Positions 23,440-38,606 of a stretch of DNA of 64,000 nucleotides are shown here, in pieces. The DNA is from Octopus sinensis (Eukaryota). A model generated the notes under the pieces. It had not been told where the DNA came from, did no database searches, and was given only the letters and a program-made list of their open reading frames with translations. The stretch lies in NCBI RefSeq assembly GCF_006345805.1, contig NC_043005.1, forward strand, positions 10,106,001-10,170,000, written 5' to 3'. Numbering within the stretch: position 1 is the stretch's first letter; each line of letters opens with the position of its first letter. The position numbers and the translations under genes were made by a program.

Positions 23440-24280
23440 GGCAGGTATACGCATTACTCACTTTTGTCTTCGATCTCATTGTTTGTTTATATCTGACGTT
23501 GCGATGCGAAACGGTGTAGCAAAGATCAGTGCTGGCTGTAAGTTCTATTGAATATCTCTCTGTAGAAATGAACTTATCAAACTCTTCTCTCCAAAATGTA
23601 TTATTGAATTATTCGATAAAATCTTGACGACATTCACCATTGTTTCTTCCTTCAGATTCCGGATTTTACACTGAAAAACAATAGCTGCACTCTTGTTAAC
23701 ATACCTAATGTAAGGAAAAGTAGATATTTTAACTGTTAGTCTGTAGATGTCTCTGTTTTTGACATATCTCAATATTCTCATGTGAACATAATTTTTTATC
23801 GAAATTAATGGTAGAAATAAGTTTCTGTGTAGAAGAACATATTAGCTGAAGAAAAAATGAAAATAAGATAGATTTATTAGATGCTGTCATATAAACTGTT
23901 TCATATGTTAGAAATTTTCTACTCTTAAAAAAAATTGTGTGTCTTTAAATTAATAATAGCGAAAACAATTTTGGTTGTAGCACAATTCTCAGACAACACT
24001 GTTTTCCAGGACACTAAGTTGAATCTATTAACTCTTCTATCGGAAAGAGATTGGAAAACGAATATTTAGAGTATATGTATCATAAAAAACCATTTCCTAT
24101 TCTTTTGTGGTGAAGTCTATCTTTGAATAAAAGAGGCTTGGCAAATAGAACGCCACAGATAAAACCAACGTGATGCTGAAATGGGTGTGTCTGTTCTATC
24201 ATGGATATAATAAATATTATAATCGAAAGCTGCTTTCTGTCAATTCCATATTTTGCCGAACTGAATGAAAGTAACAATTC
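23440..24280 (-). pseudogene. Remnant of the unidentified protein family
   Basis: FLQRDIQ*NLQPALIFATPFR aligns without gaps to LLQKYLKLNQYPALQFKYPRK of the 9.5 kb remnant (8/21 identical); YYIHDRTDTPIS resembles YILHDNQTDIS. Confidence 0.4.
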
Positions 24281-24347
24281 TTGAAGGAAAAATAAGCATA
24301 TGCATACATTATATATATATTATATATATATATAGATATATATATAT

Positions 24348-24414
<67 letters not shown>

Positions 24415-24825
24415 TATGTGAATGAATTATCCTAGTATTCTTTCATTTATATATATATACATATATAAATGCATGCATATGATTATATATATATACGTTT
24501 GTGTCTGTGTCTGTGTGTGTGTGTATGTGTTGTGTATAAGTGTGCGCCTGTATATATATATATATATATACATACATACATATGTATATATACATATTCA
24601 CATACGCATATATATGTGTGTGAGTGTGTGTGTGTGTGTTTGTGTGTGTGTTTGTGTGTGTGTGAGTGTGTGTGTGTACTTCCCTAAGCGTTATGTAAAT
24701 ATTTCACATACATGTAGCAAGGGATAAATAAATACGCGTGTGCAACAAGCATATATGAGTGTGAATATATGAATTATATATCTACATCGATTATTATTGC
24801 CAAACGCAAAAACGCATGCACCAGT

Positions 24826-24945
<120 letters not shown>

Positions 24946-25519
24946 ACATATGTTTGCATGTTTATATCGAGTATATTGCTGTTGATGCACTATTTCCGAG
25001 TCTGAAAGAACAGGAGCCATTAAATGGCGTTGGAAAGCAAAACTTGATGTCTTTTTAATGTTCTGAGAAAAGAAATATAAAATTTTAGATATTTTGCACC
25101 AAACGAATAACAGAAATTTTAGAACTGTGAATCTAGTTTTCTAGGAACTGATCCACTTTTAGATGATAATTGCTAGAAATTTACTGAGGACATGTTTACA
25201 GCGTAAGATATTTTTAATTTTAGGATAGTTTATTTAACAGAGAGCAACATCTACAAAAACGTTGAGAGGTCGGTTGATTGTTAGAACTTTCTGTAATCCG
25301 GGTATGATAATCAGAAAGTAAAAAGAACGAGAATCAAGGATATGACAAACAAAATTTTGCTATCATAGTTGGTAAAATACAATCAAGAAGCTACGTGAGT
25401 CACCGGTCACGGTTTGTTTCTTATCTTTATATATATATATATATATATATATATCTTTATAAGCATAAGATGGGCCATGGATAGAAAGCAGGATGGGCTT
25501 GTGCCAAGAATATATTATT

Positions 25520-25700
25520 TCTACATGATAAATGCTATCATCAACCTCACTTTTGTGGATAGGATACAAGTAGCCATGTTGACCTAATGACTTTGAAGAT
25601 GAGGAAATTGCGTGAAGATATCATAGACATGTGTGAAATGATTAAAGAGCTAATGGATGCAGCCGATAAGCGATTACTTTAAACTCTATGTTATCATTGG
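25520..25700 (+). mobile_element. Degenerate CR1-like LINE C-terminal remnant
   Basis: LTFVDRIQVAML..TLKMRKLREDIIDMCEMIK resembles the LSYEERL..L.TLE.RRLRGDLIE.FKI motif. Confidence 0.4.
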
Positions 25701-25866
25701 CTGAAACAAACAGCGAAGACATTCTGGTTGGACTTAAGACAAGTTTTATTTAACCCGTATATGACTATATTAAGGAAGAATATCCCATATCCTTCGGAAA
25801 GAATATCCCAGAGAAACTGATATCACACCATATCATATCATATCATATCATTCATTCATTCATTCG

Positions 25867-25898
<32 letters not shown>

Positions 25899-26051
25899 TG
25901 TATGTATGTATGTATGTATGTATGTATACATACATATACATACACAAATGCATATATGCATATACATACAAGCATACGTACATACATACATACATACATA
26001 CATATACAGTACGTATACATATATACATACATAAACATATATGTATATAAG

Positions 26052-26082
<31 letters not shown>

Positions 26083-26167
26083 ATGTATGTTTATGTATAT
26101 ACATACATATATATATTTCGTTTTGGATTTGGTTTGCAAGATTCTTTGTATGAGTTAGTGTGTAACA

Positions 26168-26237
<70 letters not shown>

Positions 26238-26659
26238 GAGCACATGCATACTAACATACATATATATTTTAAGACATAAATTTCTCTGTGCTGTTAAAGA
26301 AGGCAGGGAATCAGCGGAGATGACGACAGGGAATCCTGCTCAAGTAATTGGTTGTTGGGTCTTGCCAAGGTATTAATGGGTTCTGATCTTTATTCCATCT
26401 TAGAAATATATACCAAATATTACAAACATTCCATGTTTACACACATACACACATACAAATGCATACATATACATATATATATATATGCACATATAAGTAC
26501 ATATGCATATATGTGCATACGTACGTAATACATATACATGCGTACATACGTTGGTGCGTAAGTACAGAAACATTTCAATGATGTCTAGGTGCACGTGGGA
26601 CCAGCCATGCTGTCTACCAAGGAGGTTATGAGAAACTGCATACAGGCTGTGTTGTTCCG

Positions 26660-26721
26660 GGTGATGATGATGGTGGTGATGGTGATGATGATGATGATGA
26701 ACATGATCATGATCATGATGG

Positions 26722-26752
<31 letters not shown>

Positions 26753-26753
26753 A

Positions 26754-26813
<60 letters not shown>

Positions 26814-27222
26814 ATTATGATGATGATGATGTGATGATGATGATGATGATGATGGTGGTGATGATGATGATTATGATGATGATGATGATGATGGTGATGA
26901 TGATGGTGGTGATGATGATGATGATTATGATGATGATGATGACGATGGTGAAAATGACGATGATGATGATGATGATGTCGACGACGATGATGATGTTGGT
27001 AGTGGTGGTAGTGGTAGTGGCAGCGGCAATGGTAGTTGCGGTGACGGTTGTAAACGGGTGACTGTTGTGGTACACGGATAGGAAGGGCGATTATTGGTGG
27101 TGGTGGTGGTGGTGGTTGGTGGTGGTGACGGGGGAGAATGATGTGATTAAAGATGACAACGACGACGACGGCAGCGATGATGGTGACGCTGATGACTAAA
27201 ATGATGATGATGATGATGGTAG

Positions 27223-27256
<34 letters not shown>

Positions 27257-27390
27257 AAGGAGGAGGAGCAGGGGGAGTATACTGGTGCTGGTAATGATGC
27301 TGATGATACTGATGACTATAATGATGATGTTAGAGATGATGATGATTCTGTTGATGATGATGATTATGATGATGATGATGATGATGATGA

Positions 27391-27441
<51 letters not shown>

Positions 27442-27605
27442 GATGATGATGATTGTGATGATGATGATTATGATGATGATGATTATGATGATGATGATGA
27501 TGATGATGATGATATGAGATGATGATGATGATGAATGATGATGATGATATGATGGTGATGATGATGATGGATGGTGATGATGATGATGTGATGATGATAA
27601 TGATG

Positions 27606-27637
<32 letters not shown>

Positions 27638-27670
27638 GATGATGATGATGATAATGATGATGATGATGAT
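26660..27670. repeat. ~1-kb (GAT)n-dominated tract containing copy 2 of the duplicated module
   Basis: Direct inspection. Confidence 0.95.
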
Positions 27671-30262
27671 TGTGCAAGAAGTTATATGATGGATTTAATA
27701 TTAATAACACTGGGTGGTGAGTCATTTATCCAATGTTTTCAGATTTTTTAAATTTTGGTTTTTATTTTTAATCTTCCATTTAAAGAAAAAAACTACGTGA
27801 TATGAAAAAATAATGCTGCAGATGGTTACATTTCTCTGGGACGCGTTTTATAGAATTTGGCTCAAAGCAGTAATTGTAACACGAGTAAGTGAACAAGCGA
27901 CTTGTTTAGGTTTTAGACTGGAAAAAAAGAATAATACAGCTTTTGCTGACATTGTTATCGTAAAGCAGCCCTTTTCAAACCCTGTCTATACAGACATATG
28001 AACAAAGATATTCCATCTGTGACTATCCTATCTTTTCTTTTCAGACGCCGCAGATTTGGGACTACAGATGGGTCGACGTTTGCCCAAGATACCATGCAAA
28101 CGTTTGAAAGTCCCACGTAGAGGTATCGAAATCAGGGTCTCGTCTTTGCAAAGAAAACTTCTTAACCATTCTACCATTCGGTACCTACAAATTAGACAGG
28201 CAGGGAGGCACGCAGGCAGACATACAGACTGACAGAAAGATAGATAGATAGATTGATAGATAGACAGATAGTTAGACTGATTGATTGATACACACACACA
28301 CACATATAGAGAGAGAGAGTTGTCGCTGTATAGTTACGTATTTAGGAGTGGTTGTAATTTACTTATTGGATTTATTTACCGATACATTTGTACATGGGGT
28401 AAATGTGTTTGAAAGTTGTGATTTATTTGGTTTGTTTGTTCCCAAACAACGCTTATCTTAGTGCTGTTGTCACCGCCGGATTGAATGGTACTGCCCAGGT
28501 ATCGAAACCACAATTATATCCGTAAAGCAGCTGATGATGGAGGTATGTTGGATTGTTGTTATGGCTGTGGAATAGTATTATAACACATCCTTTTGCTATA
28601 TATATATATATATATATACACTATACCTTTGTGAGGTTACTTTCTCAAGGACTTAATTGCGATTTTCTAAAGTTTGGTACAGAGCTGTACGTTTAGTGCA
28701 AGGGGACATAGTTCAATAATCGTCTCAAGTACGCAACTTTTATTACATTACGGTCTAACCAGGAAGCTTTTGCCCGAGCTGCTATAAATGGTAGCCAAAT
28801 CTTTCTTGAATCCCACTATGCTATATTGAAAACAGGAAGGACATACTAGAAAATTTAACCCTGGATACACAATGTCAAATTGACAAAAGATCGAATGGAC
28901 ATTGTTGGTTCGTCTTTGATCAGAGTTTGGGAGTGACCTGGAACTAAAACAAATACAACAGAAATAACAACAACAACAACATCAACTATAACAATTGATA
29001 TCTATGGCTAGCGATCCCCGAAGGTTACAATGTAAACTCTACCACGATCATAATTTGGAGATTAGAATTTAAGGGAATTGAAACTGAATACTATAAAAGA
29101 CTTAATCTGACACACCACAAACTACCAACCCTGAGGTCTAATTAAAAATGAGAGATTAGCAAATATTATCATAAACTAGCGCATTATTTTATCTCCGCTC
29201 TTAGAAGGGAGAGAATAAATGATTAGATTCCGAGCAAAAGCGATGACTCGTTGATGCAAACACGCTATTAGAATATTTGCTAATGCTATTAGAACCATTA
29301 AAACGTTTGCTCTTGGTTGTTGATGTTGTTGGTGGTGGTGATGGTGGTGGTGGTGGTGGTGGTGGTGGTGTGGTGGGAGAAAGGGTTTCTTTTTTCTGAA
29401 GTTCGGGAGTTGTTGAACGTGATTGGACAGAGAATTGTCATAATGATTTGAGCTTTCTTTTTATCTTTTATAATTGTAACCGTGTCGTTTGGAGTTTATT
29501 CTAATCCGTTGAGTAATTAACTGACTCAGTTTGAAATTTGAATATCAAATGATGATGTGCTATGCTGGAGGAATTGGGGAGGACGCATTGTGGGAGCAGT
29601 AAAAACAGGGTTGACGGCAGAGCTAGAGGGAGAGCGAGAGAGGGGTAGAGAGAGAGAGAGACTGGGAGACATAGAGAGAGAGAAAGGGAGAAAAATAAAG
29701 TAATAAAGAAAAAGGTAAAGAAAAAAGAGGGGTAGAATGAGATGAGTGAAACAGGAAGGGGAGATGTTGACTATGTCGGTTACAGGAAACCTTTATTTTT
29801 TATGATAATAATTATAATAATGACAACAGCAGCAGTAACCGGAAGTCGAAATGAACTCGTTGGTCCGAAAATAAAGTCATGGAGAGGATGAAGAACTAGG
29901 AGAATAAGGAGATAGTGTCAAAGGAAAAAACTTCATGTCAGTAATAATGAGCGTTTCAAATTTTGGTAAAGGGACTGCAGTTTTAGGGGTGCTTCGTTAG
30001 TATTTTATATCATCAACCCCAAAAGGATGAGAAGCAAAATTAACCTCCGCGAAATTTGAACTCAGAACATAAAGAGTCAAATAAAAATCCCGTTAAGTGA
30101 TTTGTCCTACGCGCTGACTATTCTGCCAACTCGCTGCCTTGATGATGATAATGATGATGATGATGATGATGATTTTCTCTACTATAGGCACAAGGCCTGA
30201 AATTTGGGGTAGGGGACTAGTCGATTACATCGACCCCAATGTTTCAGAAGGCTGGAGAGTAT

Positions 30263-30635
30263 GGAAGCACTCCGTCGGTTACGACGATGAGGGTTCCGGT
30301 TGATCCGAATCAACGGAACAGCCTGCTCGTGAAATTAACGTGTAAGTGGCTGAGCACTCCACAGACACGTAGTTCTCGGGGATATTCGGCGTGACACAGA
30401 GAGTGACAAGTCCGGCCCCTTGAAATACAGGTACAACAGAAACAGGAAGTAAGCGTGAGAGAAAGTTGTGGTGAAAGAGTACAGCAGGGATCACCACCAT
30501 CCCCTGCCGGAGCCTCGTGGAGCTTTTTAGGTGTTTTCGCTCAATAAACACTCACAACGCCCGGTCTGGGAATCGAAACCGCGATCCTATGACCGCGAGT
30601 CCGCTGCCCTAACCACTGGGCCATTGCGCCTCCAC
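30263..30635 (-). mobile_element. SINE family C with TSD
   Basis: 12-bp TSD GCTGGAGAGTAT at 30251-30262 and 30636-30647; near-identical to 1005-1392. Confidence 0.9.
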
Positions 30636-31028
30636 GCTGGAGAGTATATCAGCTGAAATGTTGTGTTAACAACAAACAAGATGAGGCCGAATATCCGTCG
30701 AATGTAAATAGTGTAAATAATGTAAATAATCTAGAATAATTGCTGTAACGATATTTCTGTTTCAGGAACTCAGTGCTGGATCTGGCTGAAATGTAACTGA
30801 AAATGGGTGTTTCAAAATATTAATGTCCAGATCACAAAAGTAAGGTTTGAATGGAATAGTAGTCGTTTTCTTTGATTTCTAGATAGAAGCAAATTGGAAA
30901 TAACAATTACTGACGAAAGGCAAAAAAAAAAAAAAAATTTCGTCACACGGTGTTATCACTAGGATTATGGTTAAAACAAATACATAAAACAATCTTCGAA
31001 GATATTACTGTGCTTACAATATCTAACA

Positions 31029-31236
31029 CTTTTCTACACTAGGCACAAGGCCCGAAATTTTGGGGGACGGCGTCAGTCGATCAGATAGTCCCCAGTACGC
31101 AACTGGTACTTAATTTATCGAAAGGATGAAAGGCAAAGTCGACCTCGGCAGAATTTGAACCCAGAACGTAAAGACAGACGAAATGCCGCTAAACATTTCG
31201 TCCGGCGTGCAAACGTTTCTGCCAGCTCGTCGCCTT
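31029..31236 (-). mobile_element. SINE family B, single unit
   Basis: Head GGCGACGAGCTGGCAGAAACG, body, AGGCACAAGG tail. Confidence 0.85.
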
Positions 31237-31463
31237 ACAGTGATATCCAACATTGATACAAATATCACTGTATGAGTGAGAATGGCACGATTTCATTGTG
31301 CTCCACTACGACCACCGTCACCACAACCCAATCCACTTCGTAGATGTACTTTCACTTTCGATCCTGGGATAGAGCCAACCTCAACGGCAACATCTGAAAG
31401 CAGAGGATTCTTCATTTTCCATTCTCAAGTCTTTAAAAAGAAGGTTATGAGCTCCTTTTGGTT

Positions 31464-31940
31464 GGCGAGCTGGCAGATTCGGTAGCACGCCGGACGAAAT
31501 GCTCAGTGGTATTTCGACCAAGGCGGCGAGCTGGCAGAAACGTTAGCACGCCGGGCGAAATGCTTAGCGGTATTTCGTCTGCGTTACGTAGTGAGTTCAA
31601 ATTCCGCCGAGGTCGACTTTGCCTTTCATCCTTTCGGGGTCGATAAATTAAGTACCAGTTACGCACTGGGGTCGATGTAATCGACTTAATACCCATGTCT
31701 GTCCTTGTTTGTCCCCTCTGTGTTTAGCTCCTTGTGGGTAGTAAAGAAATAGGTATTTCGACCATCGCTACGTTCTGAGTTCAAATTCCGTCGAGGTCGA
31801 CGATGCCTTTCATCCTTTCGGGGTCGATTAAATAAGTACCAGTTACGCACTGGGGTCGATATAATCGACTTAATCCGTGTGTCTGTCCCCGTTTTCTCCC
31901 TATGCGTTTAGCCCCTTTTGTGTGGTAAAGAAATAGGTTA
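31464..31940 (+). mobile_element. SINE family B with duplicated head and two body units
   Basis: GGCGAGCTGGCAGA at ~31464 and ~31526; body repeated after GAAATAGGTATTTCG. Confidence 0.85.
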
Positions 31941-32439
31941 ACTCGAAAAACTTCAATAAATACTTGAACAGCACAATTCAGCTGCATGCCGTTAAAACAC
32001 TGTGGTTGACAATTGAAGGGGTGGTGCCATCGGTAAAGTTACTGACGCCAACCATTTGGTCCTAAACCATTGACAAAAGAAGCAATAATCAGCTGATCTG
32101 CATGCCCGTTAGGAATTGAACAATGCAAGATAATAGCGAGATTGAGTCGCCTGAAAAACATTGATACGAGAAAATGAGCAGAGTTTTAGTTTCCAAGTAG
32201 AACGATAAACCTTATGTTCATGCATTATTCATTGGCTCTCCTCTATCTCTAACTCTGTATCCCTAAATCGCACTCACGCGCCCTCTCACTCTCTCTTCCC
32301 CCCTTTCTCTCTCTCTCTATCTATCTCTCTATCTATATCTCTTACTATTTCTCTCCCTCTCTTTCGCTTTGTCCCGATTTCTCGCTCTGCTCTTTATTTA
32401 TTCATTTGTATACACAAAGGCACACACATATACAGGCTA

Positions 32440-32491
<52 letters not shown>

Positions 32492-32759
32492 GTGTGTGCC
32501 TATTGTGTATATGCGTGTGGATGTGTGTATGCATGTAAATATGTATATATAATATATGATAGATAGATGCATATATATATATATGCATATATAAGCATAT
32601 TTACATACATTCATGGAAACAGAGATACATAGATATAAATGCATCTATACACATAAAAACACACATAAATGTACGTATGCGTGCATATACATATAGATTT
32701 TCTCATGAAAGTATAAGAGATATCTGTACAATGTATGTATATATAAATAGACGCACAAC

Positions 32760-32837
<78 letters not shown>

Positions 32838-32931
32838 AAAAAAAAAAAGAAGAGATACTTATATCTTATATTTCAATATCAAATTTTCAGTTACGCTAAG
32901 TATATGATTAGTAAACAGAATTCACATGATC

Positions 32932-32968
<37 letters not shown>

Positions 32969-33479
32969 TTATGAGATACTGAACTGAATAATATGAAGAC
33001 ATTATGGTGGAAGTAATCATACTATATATGTAAGGGGTAAGATCAGCCGCGATGGATATATGATACCGAAAGTTTCGGATGATATATATTTATGTGTATA
33101 TGGAGTATGCACACCTTACGTTTGCTAAATTTACAATTCTGAAACTATTCGCCGACCTGGGCTACAGAAGATGGCATTTTCCGAAGGTGCCGTGTAGTGT
33201 GTCTGAGCCCGAAGTCACATGAATAGAGGCGAAATTATTTAATACGCATTACACAATGTACAATCTTGGTGAAACCTGAAGTATATGAGTGTGCATGCGT
33301 GCATGCGTATGTGTGTGTCTGTGTAGATGATCTCTGTAGATCGGTTCTTCATCTCTATAGGAAGGGAAAGACAGAACCGTCAGGCCAAAAGTTTATATTT
33401 CATTGATGTTGGTGAAATGAAAGATATTTAGTAATCTTTATGCATTAATTTTTCATTTTATCATATAATCTTCAACATA

Positions 33480-33895
33480 GGCGCAGGAGTGGCTGTGTGG
33501 TAAGTAGCTTGCTAACCAACCACATGGTTCCGGGTTCAGTCCCACTGCGTGGCATCTTGGGCAAGTGTCTTCTGATATAGCCCCGGGCCGACCAATGCCT
33601 TGTGAGTGGATTTGGTAGACGGAAACTGAAAGAAGCCTGTCGCATATATGTATATATATATATACGTGTGTGTATATATTTGTGTGTTTGTTTTAGTCCC
33701 CCTCCCCAACATCGCTTGACAACCGATGCTGGTGTTTTTACGTCCCCGTAACTTAGCGGTTCGGCAAAAAAGACCGATAGAATAAGTACTAGGCTTACAA
33801 AGAATAAGTTCTGCGGTAGATTTGCTCGACTAAAGGTGGTGCTCCAGCCTGGCCACAGTCAAATGACTGAAACAAGTAAAAGAGAGTAAAGAGTA
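33480..33895 (+). mobile_element. SINE family A
   Basis: Head-to-tail match. Confidence 0.9.
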
Positions 33896-34535
33896 TTCGT
33901 ATATACCTGGTATTTTGATCGCAAAATACTAGATCTATTATACATTGCTCTACATTGAGTTAAAATACTTACTTTATAATAGAAGGTGGAATAGGAAAGA
34001 TGTAGAAGGACACTATCGTTCATAGTTCATTTGTAGCATAAAACAGAAAGACAGACGGTTAAAGAAAGATATTAGGTTACATAATTTGACATTTACGTAC
34101 AGGTTGAAATGTTATTCAGAACAGCAGAGTACATGGCTTCTCTACTAGTCTAACTAATTCATATTTATTGAAATTAGAAATGCACCTCCATTTTTAGTAT
34201 TCTTTGGTCTTTAGAAGACGTTTATTTAATTCCAGTCGCCATTTTCATTAACGTGCTTCAACGCTTTTCTTTATAGAGTGTTTTTTTTTTTGTTTTTTGT
34301 TGTTTCTTTTTAACAAACTATTCGTTCACGTGCGTACATAGTCACTACCACATATTTTACAGATATTCATAGACCTTCGGTATGAATCTTTATTTCTTTA
34401 ATCCCACACTCGGCTGGTTATTCATATGTAGGGCAAAGGAGAAAATCGCATAACTAGTAATCCATATTTCAGGTCATATATATGTGTGTCTATTAGTATA
34501 GAGTGTATATGTATACATACATACACATACATACA

Positions 34536-34595
<60 letters not shown>

Positions 34596-34771
34596 ATATA
34601 ATATATATATATATACAAAATAAGAAAATGGAGAAATACATCTAAATCATTTATCAACTACCAGATAATACCCAATCATATACTTTATTAAACCACTACA
34701 TTAGAACATTAGGGTTAAACATCCCATGGAGGGTTGAATTTGCAACCCCTATCTCAATTTGTATATATATC

Positions 34772-34802
<31 letters not shown>

Positions 34803-34914
34803 ACATACATAATTAATAATATCAGGGTAATAAAGATTTTAGAAAGTTTTACTACAAGTGGCCTAGCGTATAAAAAAATTAGTCAATAGCCTATATATTA
34901 TTCATATAAAATAC

Positions 34915-35078
34915 AGTGAACATTTAAGCACATTAAGAGGTATCCATCATAAGACTCCCTTACGCTAGAAGGAACACCTAAAGTTCAAACCACTAATTAG
35001 TGATTTGGACTTTAGCTGTTCCTTCTAGCGTAAGGGGGTCCTATTATGGATACCTCTTAATGTGTTTAAATGTACACT
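34915..35078. repeat. 164-bp spacerless imperfect palindrome (end of a dispersed fold-back element)
   Basis: 82-bp arms with about 8 mismatches, centre CACTAA|TTAGTG; related sequence at 41097-41200 and 62868-63072. Confidence 0.9.
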
Positions 35079-36292
35079 ATATTATATATATACATATATA
35101 TATACATATAGATGCGCATGAGTCGTTCAAGAGACCCTAAGTCAAGGAAAGATGCATTCGTATATGGTCAGTAAACTGGGTATATTTTCCGAAATGTATA
35201 CTATTAAATATCCATCACGGTTGATCATACCAGTCGGTTTCGCGTAAAGAATACACTGGAGTGTTAGGTAACAATCTGATTATATAACTACGCTCATCAG
35301 AGTTAGCCGATATGGAAGGGAATATAGCGACTGCTCTTTATTGTCGGAGGGAGATTAGCACAAACGGTCAGCGGCTGCTGTGAAAAAAAAGGTGGGCATA
35401 ATCAAAATTAATTATTAGTGTCTGAAGCAGAATTTTGTCTGCTACAATCTATATATGCACCAAGCGCCTGCATAAGGTCGACTTTCATCTTTTGGGGCTC
35501 GATGAATTAAGTACCAATTGTACACTGGGCCCGATGTAATTGACTAGCTCCTTTCCTCAAATTTCAATTTTTTGCCTCTAGTTGAAAGGATTATTGTCGA
35601 AAAAAACCAAGGTGAAAATTACTTAGCGGCACGTCGTCCATATTTACGTTCTGAGTTCAGATTCCGTCAAGGTTGACTTTGCCTTTCATGCTCCCGAGTT
35701 CGAGGGAATAAGCTTTGTGCCTGTAGTAAAAGCATTATTATCAGAAAGACGTCAACCCAAAGAAAACAATATGAACGGGTTCCAGTACAAATGCTAATTT
35801 ATAAATATACACATGCGTATACAATTATATATAAACGCACACAGACACACACACATATTCATACATACATTCATGCATACAAAGATACATATATATATAC
35901 ATACACACGCACATACATACACATACATACACACATACACTCAGACACACACACACACACACACCTGCACATTCATACTCATACATGCATATGCAGGCGT
36001 ATATCAAATGAATATGTGAGTAGAGGTGGGTGAGTGGTTGTAAAATTGCTGTATATAAAAGATGTGTGTGTGTGCGTGTATGGAAAATAAAATAAATTAT
36101 CATTTAAATAAGGATACATATATAATTTTCTTTCAAGAAAACTTCAATAAGAAAATCGATAAAAATAGTACAGGAATTCTATGAAGGCAGACGAGAAATA
36201 TGAAGACAGAACCAAAAGCAACCATTCTATATTTGTTATATAACAGATAATTGTATAGTATCTACGAGGATATATGTTTGTCTAAGTGTGGT

Positions 36293-36323
<31 letters not shown>

Positions 36324-36327
36324 TTGT

Positions 36328-36572
36328 GTGGAGGCGCGTGGCTCAGTGGTTAGGGTGTCAGCATCATGATCGTAAGATTGTGGTTTCGCTTCCTGGACCG
36401 GGCGACGCGTTGTGTTCTGGAGCAAAACACTTCATTTCACGTTGCTCCAGTTCACTCAGCTGGCAAAAAAGAATAACGCTGCGATGGACTGGCGTCCCGT
36501 ACACCTGGGAAACACATACGCCATTGAAACCGGGAAACCGGGCCCATGAGCCTGGCTAGGCTTTAAAAGAGC

Positions 36573-36573
<1 letters not shown>
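36328..36573 (+). mobile_element. tRNA-derived SINE (family D)
   Basis: GTGGAGGCGCGTGGCTCAGTGGTTAGG head; body shared with 62492-62630; GATGGACTGGCGTCCCGT segment. Confidence 0.8.
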
Positions 36574-36633
<60 letters not shown>

Positions 36634-38274
36634 TGTATGTATGTATATATATATATGTGTGTGTGTGTGTATGTATGTATGTGTATATATATATATATCA
36701 TTGCCTATCTATCTGGCTATCTGTCTTTCTCTGTTTCTGCGTGCATATATGTCGAATATATTTGCGCACATATTTGTGTGAATATCGTGTGGTTTACATA
36801 CGCATATACATATAACTATATATAACAGTGACTCACGCATATACACATACACACACACATACGCTCACTCACACGCTCACACACATAGATCTAAATAAGA
36901 ATACTCCAAAGAGCTTGTATGTATGTATAATATTCAATGTGTTTGATAAACAAAAAGTTTCACATCTAAATTGGTTTAGTCTTGTTGTTTCGAAACACTT
37001 CAAACCTGGAAGGTTAATGGTAACAATCGTAATTTTCTTCTTGTTTTTGTTGCTGCTGTACCTTCGTTTTGTATGTTACTATTGTTATTAGAGGTGGACT
37101 GGGGCTAAATACAAAAGAAAGATTAGTAAAAATTGAATCTGTATTGACCGTTTTCGATCATCAATGAGAAAGATAAATAGGAAATTGTGTGTTGTGTGTG
37201 TGTGTGTGTGTTTGTACTATTTTTTTTACCTCCATTATTTTTTTAATTTCATGATTTAGCTGTCGGTGTTGGTGCAAGTGAAAGCACTTTTCATATCATT
37301 GTTGCTGCTGCTGCTGCGACTACTGCTGCTGCTGCTGCTGCTGCTGATGTAGTTGTCGTCGTCGTTGTTATTATTGTTGATGTTTTGGTTTTTGTATGTA
37401 CGTGCGCGTGTGTTAGTAGTCTTTGTGTATGTGTGTGAGAAAGAGAGAGATGAGGATGTGTATGTGTGTGTGTGTGTGTGTGTTGTTGCTTTTTTTTGTT
37501 TTTTTTTGGTGGGGGGGTATGAGAAGGAAATGCTAGTCTTAGAATTGTTTACAGCTGTTCTGTGATCTCTTGCAGAAATTGGTAAAGCAGAATTCCAGTG
37601 GCTGTTTATTCATCTCAGTTGAAATTATTGCTGTTTAATAGAGCAGCTATACTTTGAAAAATGCAAGAGAACAGCAACAACAACAACAACAATAATGACA
37701 ATAATAATAATAATAATAATAATGATGATGATAATAATAATAATAATAACAACAATAATAATAATAATAATAATAATAATGATGATGATAATAATAATAA
37801 TAATAATAATAATAACTTCTTAAAGATTTTTTTTCAGTAAATTTAGCTCCATTAGTGTGAGAGGAATTTTTGCATTTGCGCATTTCCAGACTTTTAATCA
37901 AAAACAAGGAAGCGGAGTTCAGACAATGAGAAGAGTTTTGATTCTCGGTTGTTGTTTTATCTTTCTTTTTGTTTTGTTTTGTTTTCCTGCTGTTCCTGTG
38001 GCTGTTGTTGATGATGTTGGTGGTGGTGGTGGTAGTAGTGGTGGTGGTATTGTAGCTGGCGCTGTTTTTCGTTCGCCCCAAGGTTACCCATGACTGTGCA
38101 CGTATGATCAAATGTGGTCAAACTTTGAACATCCTGGTTTCTTTTGCTGAGCATTTTGCACCGAGTACGGAATTATCTACCAAGACCTTCATTTATAAAG
38201 TTGCAGCTCTTGCTTATAAATCAATTTACTTGATATGTCTAGCAGATCAAGAAACTACATACATAGATAGTTAC

Positions 38275-38550
38275 ATGCATATTACAAGTTCAGGTTTATA
38301 CCTGTAATTATTGGGTCACTGGGATATGTAACATACAGCCTAACCACCAATCTTGAGAAATTAGGCTACTCAAAATCAGAAAAGAGAAAGCAGATTCCAA
38401 AACTACAGATCTACGCCATCACTGGAACTATAAAAATCTGTAAAACTTTTCAGAAGTTTATCATTTAAGTGTATATCAACATGTCTTAGAAATGCAGCTA
38501 TGTGCATGAGAATACATATATAAAACAAAATATACATACATACATACATA
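38275..38550 (+). mobile_element. 5'-truncated R4/Dong-like (restriction-like endonuclease) non-LTR retrotransposon end
   Basis: 38283-38468 reads YKFRFIPVIIGSLGYVTYSLTTNLEKLG...LQIYAITGTIKICKTF, the C-terminal PxIIGxLG...LQ..AI.GT motif of REL-type LINEs; ends in (TACA)n. Confidence 0.65.
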
Positions 38551-38568
38551 ATACATGCATATACCCAC

Positions 38569-38606
<38 letters not shown>

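Noticed and set aside
26589-27725. Met-rich ORFs as a possible reflectin-like or structural protein
   Set aside because: They are pure (ATG)n-derived sequence, with none of the Tyr/Arg/Asp/Met reflectin motifs
31278-31400. Minus-strand exon-like stretch (DVAVEVGSIPGSKVKVHLRSGLGCGDGG) after CTTTCAG
   Set aside because: It is isolated and short, with no partner exons or recognisable homology
34720-34765. GGGTTG/CAACCC stem as a hammerhead
   Set aside because: Neither CUGANGA nor GAAA flanks the stem on either strand
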